DNA of 64,000 nucleotides, from assembly GCA_043757265.1 (NCBI GenBank), contig JAYUQP010000018.1:27620-91619 (forward strand), in the 5' to 3' direction. The notes under the pieces were generated by a model. It was not told the DNA's origin, did no database searches, and was given only the letters and a program-made list of their open reading frames with translations. Source of the DNA: Bdellovibrionales bacterium. GTDB taxonomy: Bacteria > Bdellovibrionota > Bdellovibrionia > Bdellovibrionales > JAGQZY01. Numbering within the stretch: the first letter of the stretch is position 1; every line of letters starts with the position of its first letter. Shown piece after piece: positions 9,549 to 18,879 of the stretch. The position numbers were made by a program, and so were the translations under genes.

Positions 9549-9740
9549 GTTTTTTAAATTAACGGCGTCATTGAGGTGAGGCGAATCCGCTTTGCGGATC
9601 TGCGCTTCACAAGTTTCGCTGGGGATGCGCCTTTAGGCGAAAACAGGAAGAATGGCTGCCTTAAAAATGGGCAGCAACGCCGTCTGTAAATCGCACTTCC
9701 GCTTTACTATTTGGGGACCACGTCCTACTCTGGCTTTCGT

Positions 9741-10595
9741 ATGAAGATTCAAAATGTTGCCATCATTTATCGAGATAAAACGCCGCGCGCAAAGTCCCTT
9801 GCTAAGGACGTTTGCGAGTGGCTTAAGAGTAAAAAAATAAATGTGTTCTTCCAAAAAGGCGAAGCCACCCATAAAGACGCCAAAATAATTGATACGCCTG
9901 CGCAGATGAAGAACCTGCACCTCGTTTTAGTTTTAGGTGGCGATGGCACCTATCTTGAGGCCGTGCGTTTTTTAGGCGACCAGCAGGTGCCTGTTTTGGG
10001 TGTCAACCTGGGTTCGCTTGGTTTTTTAACCGAGAATCGTGTGGACGAAGTTTATGAGGTTCTTGAAAGCGCTCTTAACGGAAAAATGAAAAAAGAACCT
10101 GTGGCTTTGATGAGTGTGCAGGTAAAAACAGACAAGGTGCAAAAGTTTATCGCGCTCAATGACATTGTTATCGAACGTGGACAGAGCACTCACCTTCTTA
10201 ACATTGGAATGTACTGGGATGGCGATCTCGTAACCGAAACCAAAGCGGATGGCATGATTATCTCTACCCCCACTGGGTCCACCGCTTATAACTTGGCAGC
10301 TGGCGGTCCCATCCTTCAGCCGAATGTACATGCCATTGTGGCGACTCCGATTTGCCCCCACAGTTTGACTTCGCGGCCTATTATTTTTCCGGATGATAAG
10401 ACTCTGTCCGTAAAAATTCTCGGACAGAAACGCGCTGGCACTTTGTCCATCGACGGACAACGAAGAGCGGACATCAATGAAGATTGTGAAATTTTAATTC
10501 AGCGCCACAAGTTGGAGCACATTGTATTGCGTAAGGCCTCACATAACTTTTTTTCGCTTTTACGCGAGAAACTTAAATTTGGAGAACGAGATTAG
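9741..10595 (+). CDS. nadK: NAD kinase
   Basis: Motifs VLGGDGTYL, NDIVI and ADGMIISTPTGSTAYNLAAGGPI. The track ORF begins at a TTG (9711). I prefer the ATG at 9741 (MKIQNVAIIY...), but the start is uncertain. Confidence 0.9.
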   Translation: MKIQNVAIIYRDKTPRAKSLAKDVCEWLKSKKINVFFQKGEATHKDAKIIDTPAQMKNLHLVLVLGGDGTYLEAVRFLGDQQVPVLGVNLGSLGFLTENRVDEVYEVLESALNGKMKKEPVALMSVQVKTDKVQKFIALNDIVIERGQSTHLLNIGMYWDGDLVTETKADGMIISTPTGSTAYNLAAGGPILQPNVHAIVATPICPHSLTSRPIIFPDDKTLSVKILGQKRAGTLSIDGQRRADINEDCEILIQRHKLEHIVLRKASHNFFSLLREKLKFGERD

Positions 10596-10671
10596 CCGAG
10601 GCGCAGGCTGAGAGCAAAAGGCGCAGCTAGATGCCGAGGCGACGGCCGAATGCAAAAGGCGCAGCTAGATT
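10596..10671. repeat. Tandem direct repeat, 2 x 38 bp, between the nadK stop and the recN RBS
   Basis: ccgaggcgcaggctgagagcaaaaggcgcagctagatg is followed by ccgaggcgacggccgaatgcaaaaggcgcagctagatt. The second copy abuts AGGAGAGAA-ATG of recN. Confidence 0.85.
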
Positions 10672-10680
10672 AGGAGAGAA

Positions 10681-12372
10681 ATGCTAGTAGAGCTTAAGGT
10701 TTCAAATTTCGCAATCATCGATCAGATTCAGCTGGAGTTTGGTACCAACCTCAATATCATCAGCGGAGAGACCGGGGCTGGGAAGTCGGTTATCGTCCGT
10801 GCTCTCGGCCTTTTGATGGGAGCCAAGTCGCAAACCGAGGACGTGCGCGAGGGGCTCGAGCAATCTGTGGTCGAAGGACACTTTGATCTATCAAGTCGAA
10901 AAGATATTTTAAGCTCGCTCAAAGAGTTTGGAATCACCTCGTCCGAACAGGAACTTCTTGTTCGTCGGATCATCAGCCGGGATGGAAAAAATCGTGTTTA
11001 TATTAACGGCCATCTTTCCACTCTGGCAGACTTAAAAAACATCGTAGCTCCTATGGTCGAAGTCACGGGGCGAGGCACACCACTCATCGAAGTGACCAGC
11101 CAGAGCGAAAATAAAAACCTTCTCTCTTCGCAATACCACCTCGATATGCTCGATCAATTTTGTAAAACTTGGGAATTGCGTAAAAAGGTTCACAGCTTAT
11201 TTTCGCGAATTCAAAATATCGAAGACTCGATCCAAGATTTACGAAATTCTTCGCGCGACCGCAGTCAGCGAGTTGATTTTATTAAGTTTCAAATTGATGA
11301 GATTTCTAGTTTGGAATTGAACGCCGAAAAAGATGCGGACTTAGAAGATCGATTGAAAATTCTAAAAAATCAAAGTTCTCTAACGTCCTTTTATCATAAC
11401 TCGATTGAGGTTCTTGAAGGAGATAGCTCAAGCGTGCTGTCACTTCTCGATAAGGTTATTAAATCAGCAACGAACCTCAAGCACCGGCCCGAGGTGATTG
11501 AAAAATCAATTCAGGACCTGCAATCGGCCAAACAACTGGTTTCCCAAGCAGCTTTTGATATTAACCAGCTGGCCCAGCAAACTCTCGACGAGGGCGAACT
11601 GGATACGCTGGAATCTCGTCTCTCCGACATTCGTCGTCTGCAAAAAAAGTTTGGTCCTCTCGTACACGATATACTCAAAGCCTACGAAGAGATGAAGAGC
11701 GAACTGGATACATTGGAAAATAGCGATGAAAAAATTGCTCAGCTGGAAATAGAAAAAAAAGCTATCACAGTAGAACTGTCACCTGTTTTGCAAAAACTTT
11801 CTCAGCAACGGGCGAAAGGTTCCAATAAATTATCAGACCTCGTAAATCAGGAGCTTGCTGAATTAAATATGAAAGGCGTGCTGTTTTCGATCAGTACCGA
11901 GACCGTTGCGGTCAACGGGACCGGCCAGGATTCAGTGATGTTTGCCATTCAGAACGGGGCAAAGGGCGAGCAGAGGCCCTTACAAAAATCGGCAAGCGGT
12001 GGAGAATTGAGTCGTATCCTTTTATCGTTAAAAGTTGCCGTCGGAGAAATCGATTCGCCGCGCACATATCTTTTTGACGAAGTGGATACTGGAGTTAGCG
12101 GACCCACAGCGCAAAAAGTGGGGAAAAAACTAAAAGAGATCGCGCACGGACAGCAGGTTATTTGTATAACTCATTTACCTCAGGTTGCATCATACGCTGA
12201 TCAACATTATTTTATTTCTAAAAAGTCCGTTAAGGGTCACATGAACATGACAGCTGTTGCACTTCAGGGAAAAGAACGGGTTGAAGAGATTGCTCGACTA
12301 ATTTCGGGGGAAAAGTTGAGCTCTACAAGCCTTGCCCACGCCAAACAGTTGTTGAGTGACGCTCGCGCTTGA
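10681..12372 (+). CDS. recN: DNA repair protein RecN
   Basis: 563 aa. N-terminal Walker A GETGAGKS, a long coiled-coil middle, and C-terminal SGGELSRILL plus FDEVDTG (SMC-like signature and Walker B). Confidence 0.95.
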   Translation: MLVELKVSNFAIIDQIQLEFGTNLNIISGETGAGKSVIVRALGLLMGAKSQTEDVREGLEQSVVEGHFDLSSRKDILSSLKEFGITSSEQELLVRRIISRDGKNRVYINGHLSTLADLKNIVAPMVEVTGRGTPLIEVTSQSENKNLLSSQYHLDMLDQFCKTWELRKKVHSLFSRIQNIEDSIQDLRNSSRDRSQRVDFIKFQIDEISSLELNAEKDADLEDRLKILKNQSSLTSFYHNSIEVLEGDSSSVLSLLDKVIKSATNLKHRPEVIEKSIQDLQSAKQLVSQAAFDINQLAQQTLDEGELDTLESRLSDIRRLQKKFGPLVHDILKAYEEMKSELDTLENSDEKIAQLEIEKKAITVELSPVLQKLSQQRAKGSNKLSDLVNQELAELNMKGVLFSISTETVAVNGTGQDSVMFAIQNGAKGEQRPLQKSASGGELSRILLSLKVAVGEIDSPRTYLFDEVDTGVSGPTAQKVGKKLKEIAHGQQVICITHLPQVASYADQHYFISKKSVKGHMNMTAVALQGKERVEEIARLISGEKLSSTSLAHAKQLLSDARA

Positions 12373-12386
12373 ACGGATTTCTTTGA

Positions 12387-12444
12387 GAGTCAGCCATTGC
12401 CACTGACTTCGCTGTTCAAAGAGTCAGCCATTGCCACTGGCTTC
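12387..12444. repeat. Tandem duplication (34-bp period) spanning the 3' end and stop codon of lpxH
   Basis: gagtcagccattgccactgActtc (12387-12410) and gagtcagccattgccactgGcttc (12421-12444). The second copy encodes the terminal ...SQWQWLTL* of lpxH. The first is a non-coding duplicate just downstream. Confidence 0.85.
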
Positions 12445-13150
12445 CGTGTTTGCGAAGTAGACGGCAGCCATCATCCCAACTTCCAAGATTGTAGCTAGTC
12501 ATTTTCTGCCCGCCTACAATAAACGTGGTTTCATCACGTAAATGCACGTGTCCCGTAACAATGGCTTGAAAAGGTCGTTCAGCAAAGACTTTGTTTGCAT
12601 GATTGTGAATGGTTTTTAGAATTCTTTGCGGATCCCGCAAGGAGTTTGTATATGCACGACTTGTTTTGCTCATGGTCCTACCAAGCCATGCAATAAAAAA
12701 TCCGGGCAGATAGAGGGCAATGGCCGTCATCACCGGGGTACGTAATAACCAGCGTAAAAATAAGTAACCTTTGTCGTCGGGATCCATTTGGTCGCCGTGC
12801 TCAACGCGCACGATTTCGTCGCCCATGTGAAAATACTCAGGATCGCTATGCACGATAATGCTGAGATCATCTTGCCAAAATTTTTTGAGGTGTAAATCAT
12901 GGTTACCCTCGAAATAGTGAATTTCCGAGCCTAAAGAGATCAATTTTTGCAGCTCTTCAATGAGCGGTTTGTATTTTTGAATAAAGTAATCGTGCTTGCC
13001 TATCCAAAGGTCAAAAATATCACCAACTAAAAATATAATTGATTGTTTTGCCTGGGACTCGAGGGAAATAAAAAAGCGCAGAAGAGTCTGCGCTTGGTCG
13101 TCATTCATATCTCTCAGATGTAAATCCGAGAGAAAATAATAACTTTTCAT
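12416..13150 (-). CDS. lpxH: UDP-2,3-diacylglucosamine pyrophosphatase (LpxH-type metallophosphoesterase)
   Basis: 244 aa. Motifs FLSDLHL, VGDIFDLWIG, GNHD and GHVH. Length and order of motifs match LpxH. Its start overlaps the ftsZ stop (TAATG). Confidence 0.85.
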   Translation of the reverse strand: MKSYYFLSDLHLRDMNDDQAQTLLRFFISLESQAKQSIIFLVGDIFDLWIGKHDYFIQKYKPLIEELQKLISLGSEIHYFEGNHDLHLKKFWQDDLSIIVHSDPEYFHMGDEIVRVEHGDQMDPDDKGYLFLRWLLRTPVMTAIALYLPGFFIAWLGRTMSKTSRAYTNSLRDPQRILKTIHNHANKVFAERPFQAIVTGHVHLRDETTFIVGGQKMTSYNLGSWDDGCRLLRKHGSQWQWLTL

Positions 13151-14691
13151 TACATCCCGTCCTGAGACTCCTCATTGCGCTGCTTGCGGCGCAAATAAGT
13201 AGGGACATCCAAATTTGACTGATCGAAAGGTGAGCTCAAATCCGCAGCGGCTCTTGCCGCATTGTGATCTAGGCTCATTTCCATGCTCAGCTGCTCAGTG
13301 GGTAGCTCTTTTTGTTTTAATGCCTGTTCGCGATAAGCTTTTGCTTTTGCGATCAACATATCACGCGAGTTTGCCGCCGCTGCATGAGCTGCTGCCTCGG
13401 CCTGATATTGCGCATTTGATGTGTCTATCGGTGCAGGCATCTCTTCAACAGTCGCTGTTGGAATCGCCATCGGAGTTGCTACAGGAGCCGCACCTGGATG
13501 GGCCATCGGCGCCGCAATCACAGAATTTACCGCGGTATTTGCTACGATCGGTTGATACATGTGTGCCGGCTGTGGAATAGGTGGCATTGGCTGTTGTGCA
13601 ATTGCCTGCGGTGGAACCGGTTGCTGATACTGAGGTTGATAATACTGTGGTGGTTGCTGTGACTGCGTTACGTAAATCGGTTGCTGCTGCTGAGCCTGGT
13701 ATGAGTAATGCTGGGGCACCCCCAATTTTACCTGATCCACACCAAATCCAGTTGCAATCACAGTGACGCGAACTTCGTCGCCAAGAGTTTCGTCAATCAC
13801 AGCCCCAAAAATGATTTCCGCCTCTTCGTGGGCAGCTTCGGTGATCAATGTTGATGCTTCGTTCACTTCGTGAAGGCTTAGATCTCTACCGCCCGTCACG
13901 TTAATGATAATTCCAGTAGCTCCATCAATCGAAATGTTTTCAAGAAGCGGCGATGAAATGGCTGCTGTTGCAGCTTCCACAGCGCGATTTTCACCGGTAG
14001 CTGATCCTGTTCCCATAATAGCCATGCCTTGCGTCGACATTACGGTGCGAATATCTGCAAAATCGAGGTTGATCAAACCGCGAATATTAATAAGATCAGA
14101 AATTCCCTTTACAGCCTGAAGTAAAACTTCATCAGCTTTGCGGAACATGTCTAGTAAAGATGTTTTTTCGTGCGAGATCGAAAGGAGCTTTTGGTTTGGA
14201 ATGACAATCAGTGTATCAACACTCTCGCGCAATTCGTTAAGACCACCAAAAGCGTGGCGCATTCTCTTTTTGCCCTCGAAGCTAAATGGCTTTGTGACCA
14301 CGCCAATTGTAAGAGCTCCTAGTTCTTTCGCGATCTTTGCAACGATCGGTGCTCCGCCAGTTCCTGTTCCGCCGCCCATACCAGCAGTTACAAAAACCAT
14401 GTCTGCGCCTTCAAGGGATTCTACAATATCATTGTAGGACTCAATAGCTGCGCGTTTTCCAACTTCAGGATTTGCGCCCGCTCCCAATCCTCGCGTGAGC
14501 TCTTTCCCAAGCTGTATTTTATTTTGTGCCTTATGCGCTTCAAGAGCTTGCCGATCTGTGTTTGCAACAACGAACTCCACCCCTGTAAGGCCGCCCTCGA
14601 TCATCGTTGTTACAGCGTTATTTCCGCCCCCACCAACGCCAATAACTTTGATTGTCGCGCCAATATTTACGTTTTCTTCTAACTCAAACAT
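13150..14691 (-). CDS. ftsZ: Cell division protein FtsZ (long Q/P-rich C-terminal linker)
   Basis: 513 aa. Tubulin signature [10 protein letters not shown] and N-terminal [15 protein letters not shown]-terminal peptide [15 protein letters not shown] Shine-Dalgarno upstream. Confidence 0.97.
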   Translation of the reverse strand: MFELEENVNIGATIKVIGVGGGGNNAVTTMIEGGLTGVEFVVANTDRQALEAHKAQNKIQLGKELTRGLGAGANPEVGKRAAIESYNDIVESLEGADMVFVTAGMGGGTGTGGAPIVAKIAKELGALTIGVVTKPFSFEGKKRMRHAFGGLNELRESVDTLIVIPNQKLLSISHEKTSLLDMFRKADEVLLQAVKGISDLINIRGLINLDFADIRTVMSTQGMAIMGTGSATGENRAVEAATAAISSPLLENISIDGATGIIINVTGGRDLSLHEVNEASTLITEAAHEEAEIIFGAVIDETLGDEVRVTVIATGFGVDQVKLGVPQHYSYQAQQQQPIYVTQSQQPPQYYQPQYQQPVPPQAIAQQPMPPIPQPAHMYQPIVANTAVNSVIAAPMAHPGAAPVATPMAIPTATVEEMPAPIDTSNAQYQAEAAAHAAAANSRDMLIAKAKAYREQALKQKELPTEQLSMEMSLDHNAARAAADLSSPFDQSNLDVPTYLRRKQRNEESQDGM

Positions 14692-14708
14692 AGGTTCCCC
14701 TTTGTTGC

Positions 14709-15941
14709 TTATAATAAATTCTCAAAATAATTTTTGACCCTTTTCAAAGTTTCTTTAAAAGTGTCCAACGAAAACTCGCCAGTTTCAAAGTTTTGCCGAA
14801 CTCTGGCGTGCTGCAAAAGACCCACTGTCACCGACATTGCAGGACCTTGGGCCAGTGGATTCGTTGATAAGACATTGGTCAAACCACCACGGCGAACTGG
14901 AATATCAAATGTAAACTCGCCAAGTTCAGCTAAGCCCGGCAACTGACTTCCGCCGCCAGTTAACACCAAGCCGCCTTTGATGTGACTAAGCAAGCCCTCA
15001 TCATTCAATTTACGCAAAATCAGGCCCAGAGTTTCTTCGGCACGCGCCTCGAGAATTTCAGCAACGAGTTTAGATGCAACGATCTGAATGCCCTCGCCTT
15101 TGAGCGATTCCACTTCGACTTGTTCATCGTCGCTGATCAAATCAACCAGCGCCGCTCCATTGTTCTTTTTAATTTTCTCTGCCGCTGCCTGAGGTGTTCT
15201 TAGTCCCACGGCCAAATCATTGGTAAAGTGCGACCCGCCGATCGGCAATGTCTGACAAAGGGTCATTTTACCCTCTTTGAACACGATAAGTTGGGTCATC
15301 GCGCTACCAATATCGACCACGGCAATCCCCATTTCGCGATCATCAGCGGTCAGGAGAACTTCGCTACTGGCAATGGGCTGCGGAACAAATTCGATAATGT
15401 TTATTTTTGCTTGAGCGGCACAATCGCGAATGGTCTGCATGGTTTTTTTAGCGCCGATGATTAGCTGCGAATGAATTTCTACAGATGCTGCTTTTTGACC
15501 CACTGGTGATTTTGATTGTTTCTGACTGCCTAATTTGAAAAAGTGGGGTGCATGGTGAAGGATTTGCCGGTCGTTCCGCAGCGGCACTAATTCCTCGGCC
15601 ACTTTTTTTACAAGCTCAATATCCTTGGCACTCACTGTCTTTTTGATGGAAAGTACGCCTTTTGCGTAAAGGCTTTCGAGCGTGATGTCGGCTACGGAAG
15701 CATACACATCGCTGATAATCACATTTTGAGTCAGTTCCAGTTCGTTTTTGATTTTTTGAATGGCAGTGGTGATTTCGCGTGCATCGATGATCTGGCCTTG
15801 ATGAAGACCTTTGTGTGCAACTTGGGCTACGGAAACGATTTCTAATTTCTCACCAGAAATACGCCCCAAAGCCATAACCACTTTGGATGAACCGACTTCA
15901 AGACTTGTAAAATATTGCTCTTTCTCTTTCGACATCCGCAT
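14709..15941 (-). CDS. ftsA: Cell division protein FtsA
   Basis: 410 aa with an actin-like ATPase fold. Motifs [18 protein letters not shown] and [11 protein letters not shown]. Lies between ftsQ and ftsZ. Confidence 0.95.
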   Translation of the reverse strand: MRMSKEKEQYFTSLEVGSSKVVMALGRISGEKLEIVSVAQVAHKGLHQGQIIDAREITTAIQKIKNELELTQNVIISDVYASVADITLESLYAKGVLSIKKTVSAKDIELVKKVAEELVPLRNDRQILHHAPHFFKLGSQKQSKSPVGQKAASVEIHSQLIIGAKKTMQTIRDCAAQAKINIIEFVPQPIASSEVLLTADDREMGIAVVDIGSAMTQLIVFKEGKMTLCQTLPIGGSHFTNDLAVGLRTPQAAAEKIKKNNGAALVDLISDDEQVEVESLKGEGIQIVASKLVAEILEARAEETLGLILRKLNDEGLLSHIKGGLVLTGGGSQLPGLAELGEFTFDIPVRRGGLTNVLSTNPLAQGPAMSVTVGLLQHARVRQNFETGEFSLDTFKETLKRVKNYFENLL

Positions 15942-16001
15942 CCTTGGATTTGCCTACTATACGAACAATACTGTCCATTAGTAGAGCATCTATACCTTAG
16001 C

Positions 16002-16745
16002 CTACGAATGCTTACGCAGCCTGACAAGAACTTTTTTTGCAAAGCTCGCATCGATGACGCGCCATTTTTGATTTTGACTTTCCAAATACTTTAAGACGTT
16101 TGCAACACGTTTTGCTTTTAAGTAGACATCGCCGTGACCTAAAACGATTTCGCCTTCGACGCCGTCACTCATCTCGAGAACCAAACCTTGCGCGTCACTC
16201 CAATCAATCTCGGCCACCTCAGATTTAGAAATGACACCTTCGTTGGGAATCAATTGGTAATGCTCAATAATCTTTTTTCTAACAATTTCGTTTTTTAAAA
16301 AAATTGAATTCCGTACAAATGGAACGTCAGGAGCATGCACTAAATCCATGAGTGGAAGAAGCGAGCCATCTTCGGTTGCAGCACGCACTCTTTTTTTGCC
16401 TTCAAAAAACACCAAGACTACAGTTTTTAGAAGAAGTTTTACTTCGACCCGGTCAGGCCACACTCTCTCCACGCTGACTGATTGTACGCTGGGATCTTCT
16501 AACAGATTGCGACGGATTTCCTTAAGTGGAACTTGCCAAAGATTTTTATCTTTGTAAGCAAGAAATCGAACTAACCATTTTACTTGGGTCTGGCGCAACA
16601 TTTCGGGATGCCACTGGTCGCCCGTCACCGATACCTGGACATCATGAAATGCAAAAATCGTCTGATCAAAATGAAAAATATACGCCGTCATACTCAACAC
16701 GCTCAAAACCGAAGCAGCAATAAATATCTTTACAGATTTCGACAT
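16002..16745 (-). CDS. ftsQ: Cell division protein FtsQ (POTRA domain)
   Basis: 247 aa with a single N-terminal TM and a POTRA-like region (VQVSVTGD...). Position immediately upstream of ftsA. Confidence 0.8.
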   Translation of the reverse strand: MSKSVKIFIAASVLSVLSMTAYIFHFDQTIFAFHDVQVSVTGDQWHPEMLRQTQVKWLVRFLAYKDKNLWQVPLKEIRRNLLEDPSVQSVSVERVWPDRVEVKLLLKTVVLVFFEGKKRVRAATEDGSLLPLMDLVHAPDVPFVRNSIFLKNEIVRKKIIEHYQLIPNEGVISKSEVAEIDWSDAQGLVLEMSDGVEGEIVLGHGDVYLKAKRVANVLKYLESQNQKWRVIDASFAKKVLVRLRKHS

Positions 16746-16897
16746 AGTAATAGAATAATTTTGAAATCTTAAAAAAACAACGAAACCTCGGGTATGATCT
16801 CATTTGCCTGGACTATTGCGAAGAAAACGGCACGAAAATAGGCGAGAAACAATAGTCTAGGAAAAGCAGAGCACACCTGAGACTTTAAGGATTTTCT

Positions 16898-18031
16898 ATG
16901 CTTTCGATTTTCTGTATTATTTTTCTTTTTGCGCACACGTCCTTTGCAACGGGGCCGGCAACGGAGTTCGCATTTAGTGTGCAAGAAGAAACAAGTCTTT
17001 GGCAGCAACAGGTGCAAAAATTTCTGGCTGACAATCCGCAAGCTCAGCTTCTCACTCACGAGTCTTTACAAGCACTCTTTTTGCCCGCTAAAACTTCCGA
17101 CGCACCATTATTCATATTGTCATCGGGAATTCATGGCGCCGAAGCTTATGCCGGCGGCGCTTTGCAAAGGCTCTTTTTACAACAGTGGCAACTCACACCA
17201 AGAACCAGCGGACTCTTAATGATACACATCCTAAATCCCCACGGGTTTTCTCACTTTCGCCGTACCAATGCCTACAATGTTGATTTGAACCGCAACTTTT
17301 TTGTAGAGCCGCTACCAAACAATCAGGAATATAGAAATATGCAAACTTTGTTGGAACCAAATGCGCCAGCCTCCACATCGTTCCTTTCGAAATGGAATTT
17401 CTTTGTAAAAGTGGGTTGGTATTATTTGATGAATGGAAAAAAATCGATTCTCAATACGCTCGCTGGTCAAAGTCATGCTCCGAAAGGTTTGTATTTTTCG
17501 GGAACCGAAACACAAGCCGAAACTGTCGTCGTACAAAATTGGATTTTGCAGATCGCTAAAGACTTTTCCACAGTTTTACATATAGACCTCCACACCGGCT
17601 TCGGAGAGCGCGGAAAATTGCATTTTTATGGAAGCGAAGACTTTCGCCAGCCAGAACAAATTAAATCTCTTCAGAAGGTTTTCCCACACGTCAGAATTGA
17701 TACCGCTCATAATGCCGATTTTTATCCAACCCATGGAAATTTTATCGATTGGACCTGGAAAGCCTTACCGGAAAAAAAAATCATTCCCATGGTCTTCGAA
17801 TTTGGAACAAAAGACAGCCAAACCCTGCTGGGTGGAATGGAATCTTTCTGGATATCGGTGATCGAAAACCAAGGCTTTCATTTTGGATATAAAACAGACG
17901 AAGACAAACAAAACACCCGCGTGCTTTTTGAATCGTTGTTTAATCCCCAGGACGAAGCTTGGCGGAGGGCTGTACTTGAACAAGGCCAGGAAGCATTGAC
18001 CGAAGCCCTGCGGAACCTCGAAAAGAATTAG
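16898..18031 (+). CDS. Secreted M14-like zinc carboxypeptidase family protein (DUF2817-type)
   Basis: 377 aa with a signal peptide (MLSIFCIIFLFAHTSFA). Metal-ligand-like motifs GIHGAEAY (HxxE), DLNRNF and IDLHTGFG. Confidence 0.75.
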   Translation: MLSIFCIIFLFAHTSFATGPATEFAFSVQEETSLWQQQVQKFLADNPQAQLLTHESLQALFLPAKTSDAPLFILSSGIHGAEAYAGGALQRLFLQQWQLTPRTSGLLMIHILNPHGFSHFRRTNAYNVDLNRNFFVEPLPNNQEYRNMQTLLEPNAPASTSFLSKWNFFVKVGWYYLMNGKKSILNTLAGQSHAPKGLYFSGTETQAETVVVQNWILQIAKDFSTVLHIDLHTGFGERGKLHFYGSEDFRQPEQIKSLQKVFPHVRIDTAHNADFYPTHGNFIDWTWKALPEKKIIPMVFEFGTKDSQTLLGGMESFWISVIENQGFHFGYKTDEDKQNTRVLFESLFNPQDEAWRRAVLEQGQEALTEALRNLEKN

Positions 18032-18369
18032 AGTTATTCATTCCTTTAAGTTCTCTAGTAAATATTGGCCATTATTTCAATTGGCCCATCGCATTTCGTT
18101 TCAACTGGTGATAAAAAAAGTTTACGGGTTTTTATATCTTTTAGCTGGGCTGTGTTTGAATTTCGTTCTTGCTCTGGCAACTCTTGCACACTTTAAAAGT
18201 TCCGGCGGCCTAGGCTGTTTGTGAGTGTTACGCTTTCGACGATGTGTGTTTTCAAAACCTATTCTTTTTCGAAAAAAAATCAAAATCAGACCGTTCGGTA
18301 AGCACACTTGCTGATGTCGTGGCGGTTTGCCATGCTCTATGACCAACCGCCAACGTCAGTGCAATTTAA

Positions 18370-18693
18370 TTACATTCGCTCGGCAGGAACAATATAGCTC
18401 TGGAAGAAATCATCTTGGAAAACTTTTCCACTAAGACAAACTTCTTCGCCATCGACAAGGGCGTTAATAATTTGCGACGCCTTTTCGATATTATTGAAAT
18501 CGCCCGATGCCACGATTTCGTAAGTTTCGAACGCGGGCAAAAAGTCGCCAGCCGGCACTTCGAGTTTGTAAACCATCACTGTTGCCATCCCATTTGAAGA
18601 TTCGATTCTTACGGTTCCGCACAGTGGCTCATTCGCGCTCGCGTACACGTTTATTGAAGCCAAAAACACTATTACTACTGACATTATTTTCAT
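18370..18693 (-). CDS. Small secreted protein, unknown function
   Basis: The track ORF is 124 aa. An internal start gives MKIMSVVIVFLASINVYA/SANE..., a clean signal peptide. I recognise no family. Confidence 0.5.
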   Translation of the reverse strand: MKIMSVVIVFLASINVYASANEPLCGTVRIESSNGMATVMVYKLEVPAGDFLPAFETYEIVASGDFNNIEKASQIINALVDGEEVCLSGKVFQDDFFQSYIVPAERM

Positions 18694-18879
18694 ATCCCCT
18701 CCCAAGGTTGCAGATGTAGTATAGATAAAAAAAAGCTTTAGCAACGCCTCTACGAAAGCGGCCGTACACTTTGTAAAGTTGCTAAGGCCCTAACAGAACC
18801 CTGATGTTCGTAAATTCCCCTTGTCTCCAGTCTGTCCGTCACGGAGGCCTATTTAACATGGCACAATACCTGCACCAAC

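Noticed and set aside
9549-9710. Hairpin gcgaatccgc-ttt-gcggatctgcgc downstream of dcp as a terminator or REP copy
   Set aside because: The stem is short and imperfect with no U-tract. Similarity to the other REP family is only superficial.
10596-10671. Possible CRISPR-like array
   Set aside because: There are only two directly abutting copies, no spacers, and no cas genes in the window.
13215-14737. Series of plus-strand ORFs (121, 61, 71, 99 and 80 aa) antisense to ftsZ
   Set aside because: These are shadow ORFs of the highly expressed, unmistakable ftsZ gene. They are Pro/Ser/Val-rich with no motifs.
18122-18346. 74-aa highly basic minus-strand ORF in the 18.0-18.4 kb spacer
   Set aside because: It has no RBS, an Arg/Lys/Pro-rich composition typical of random ORFs, and no motif.
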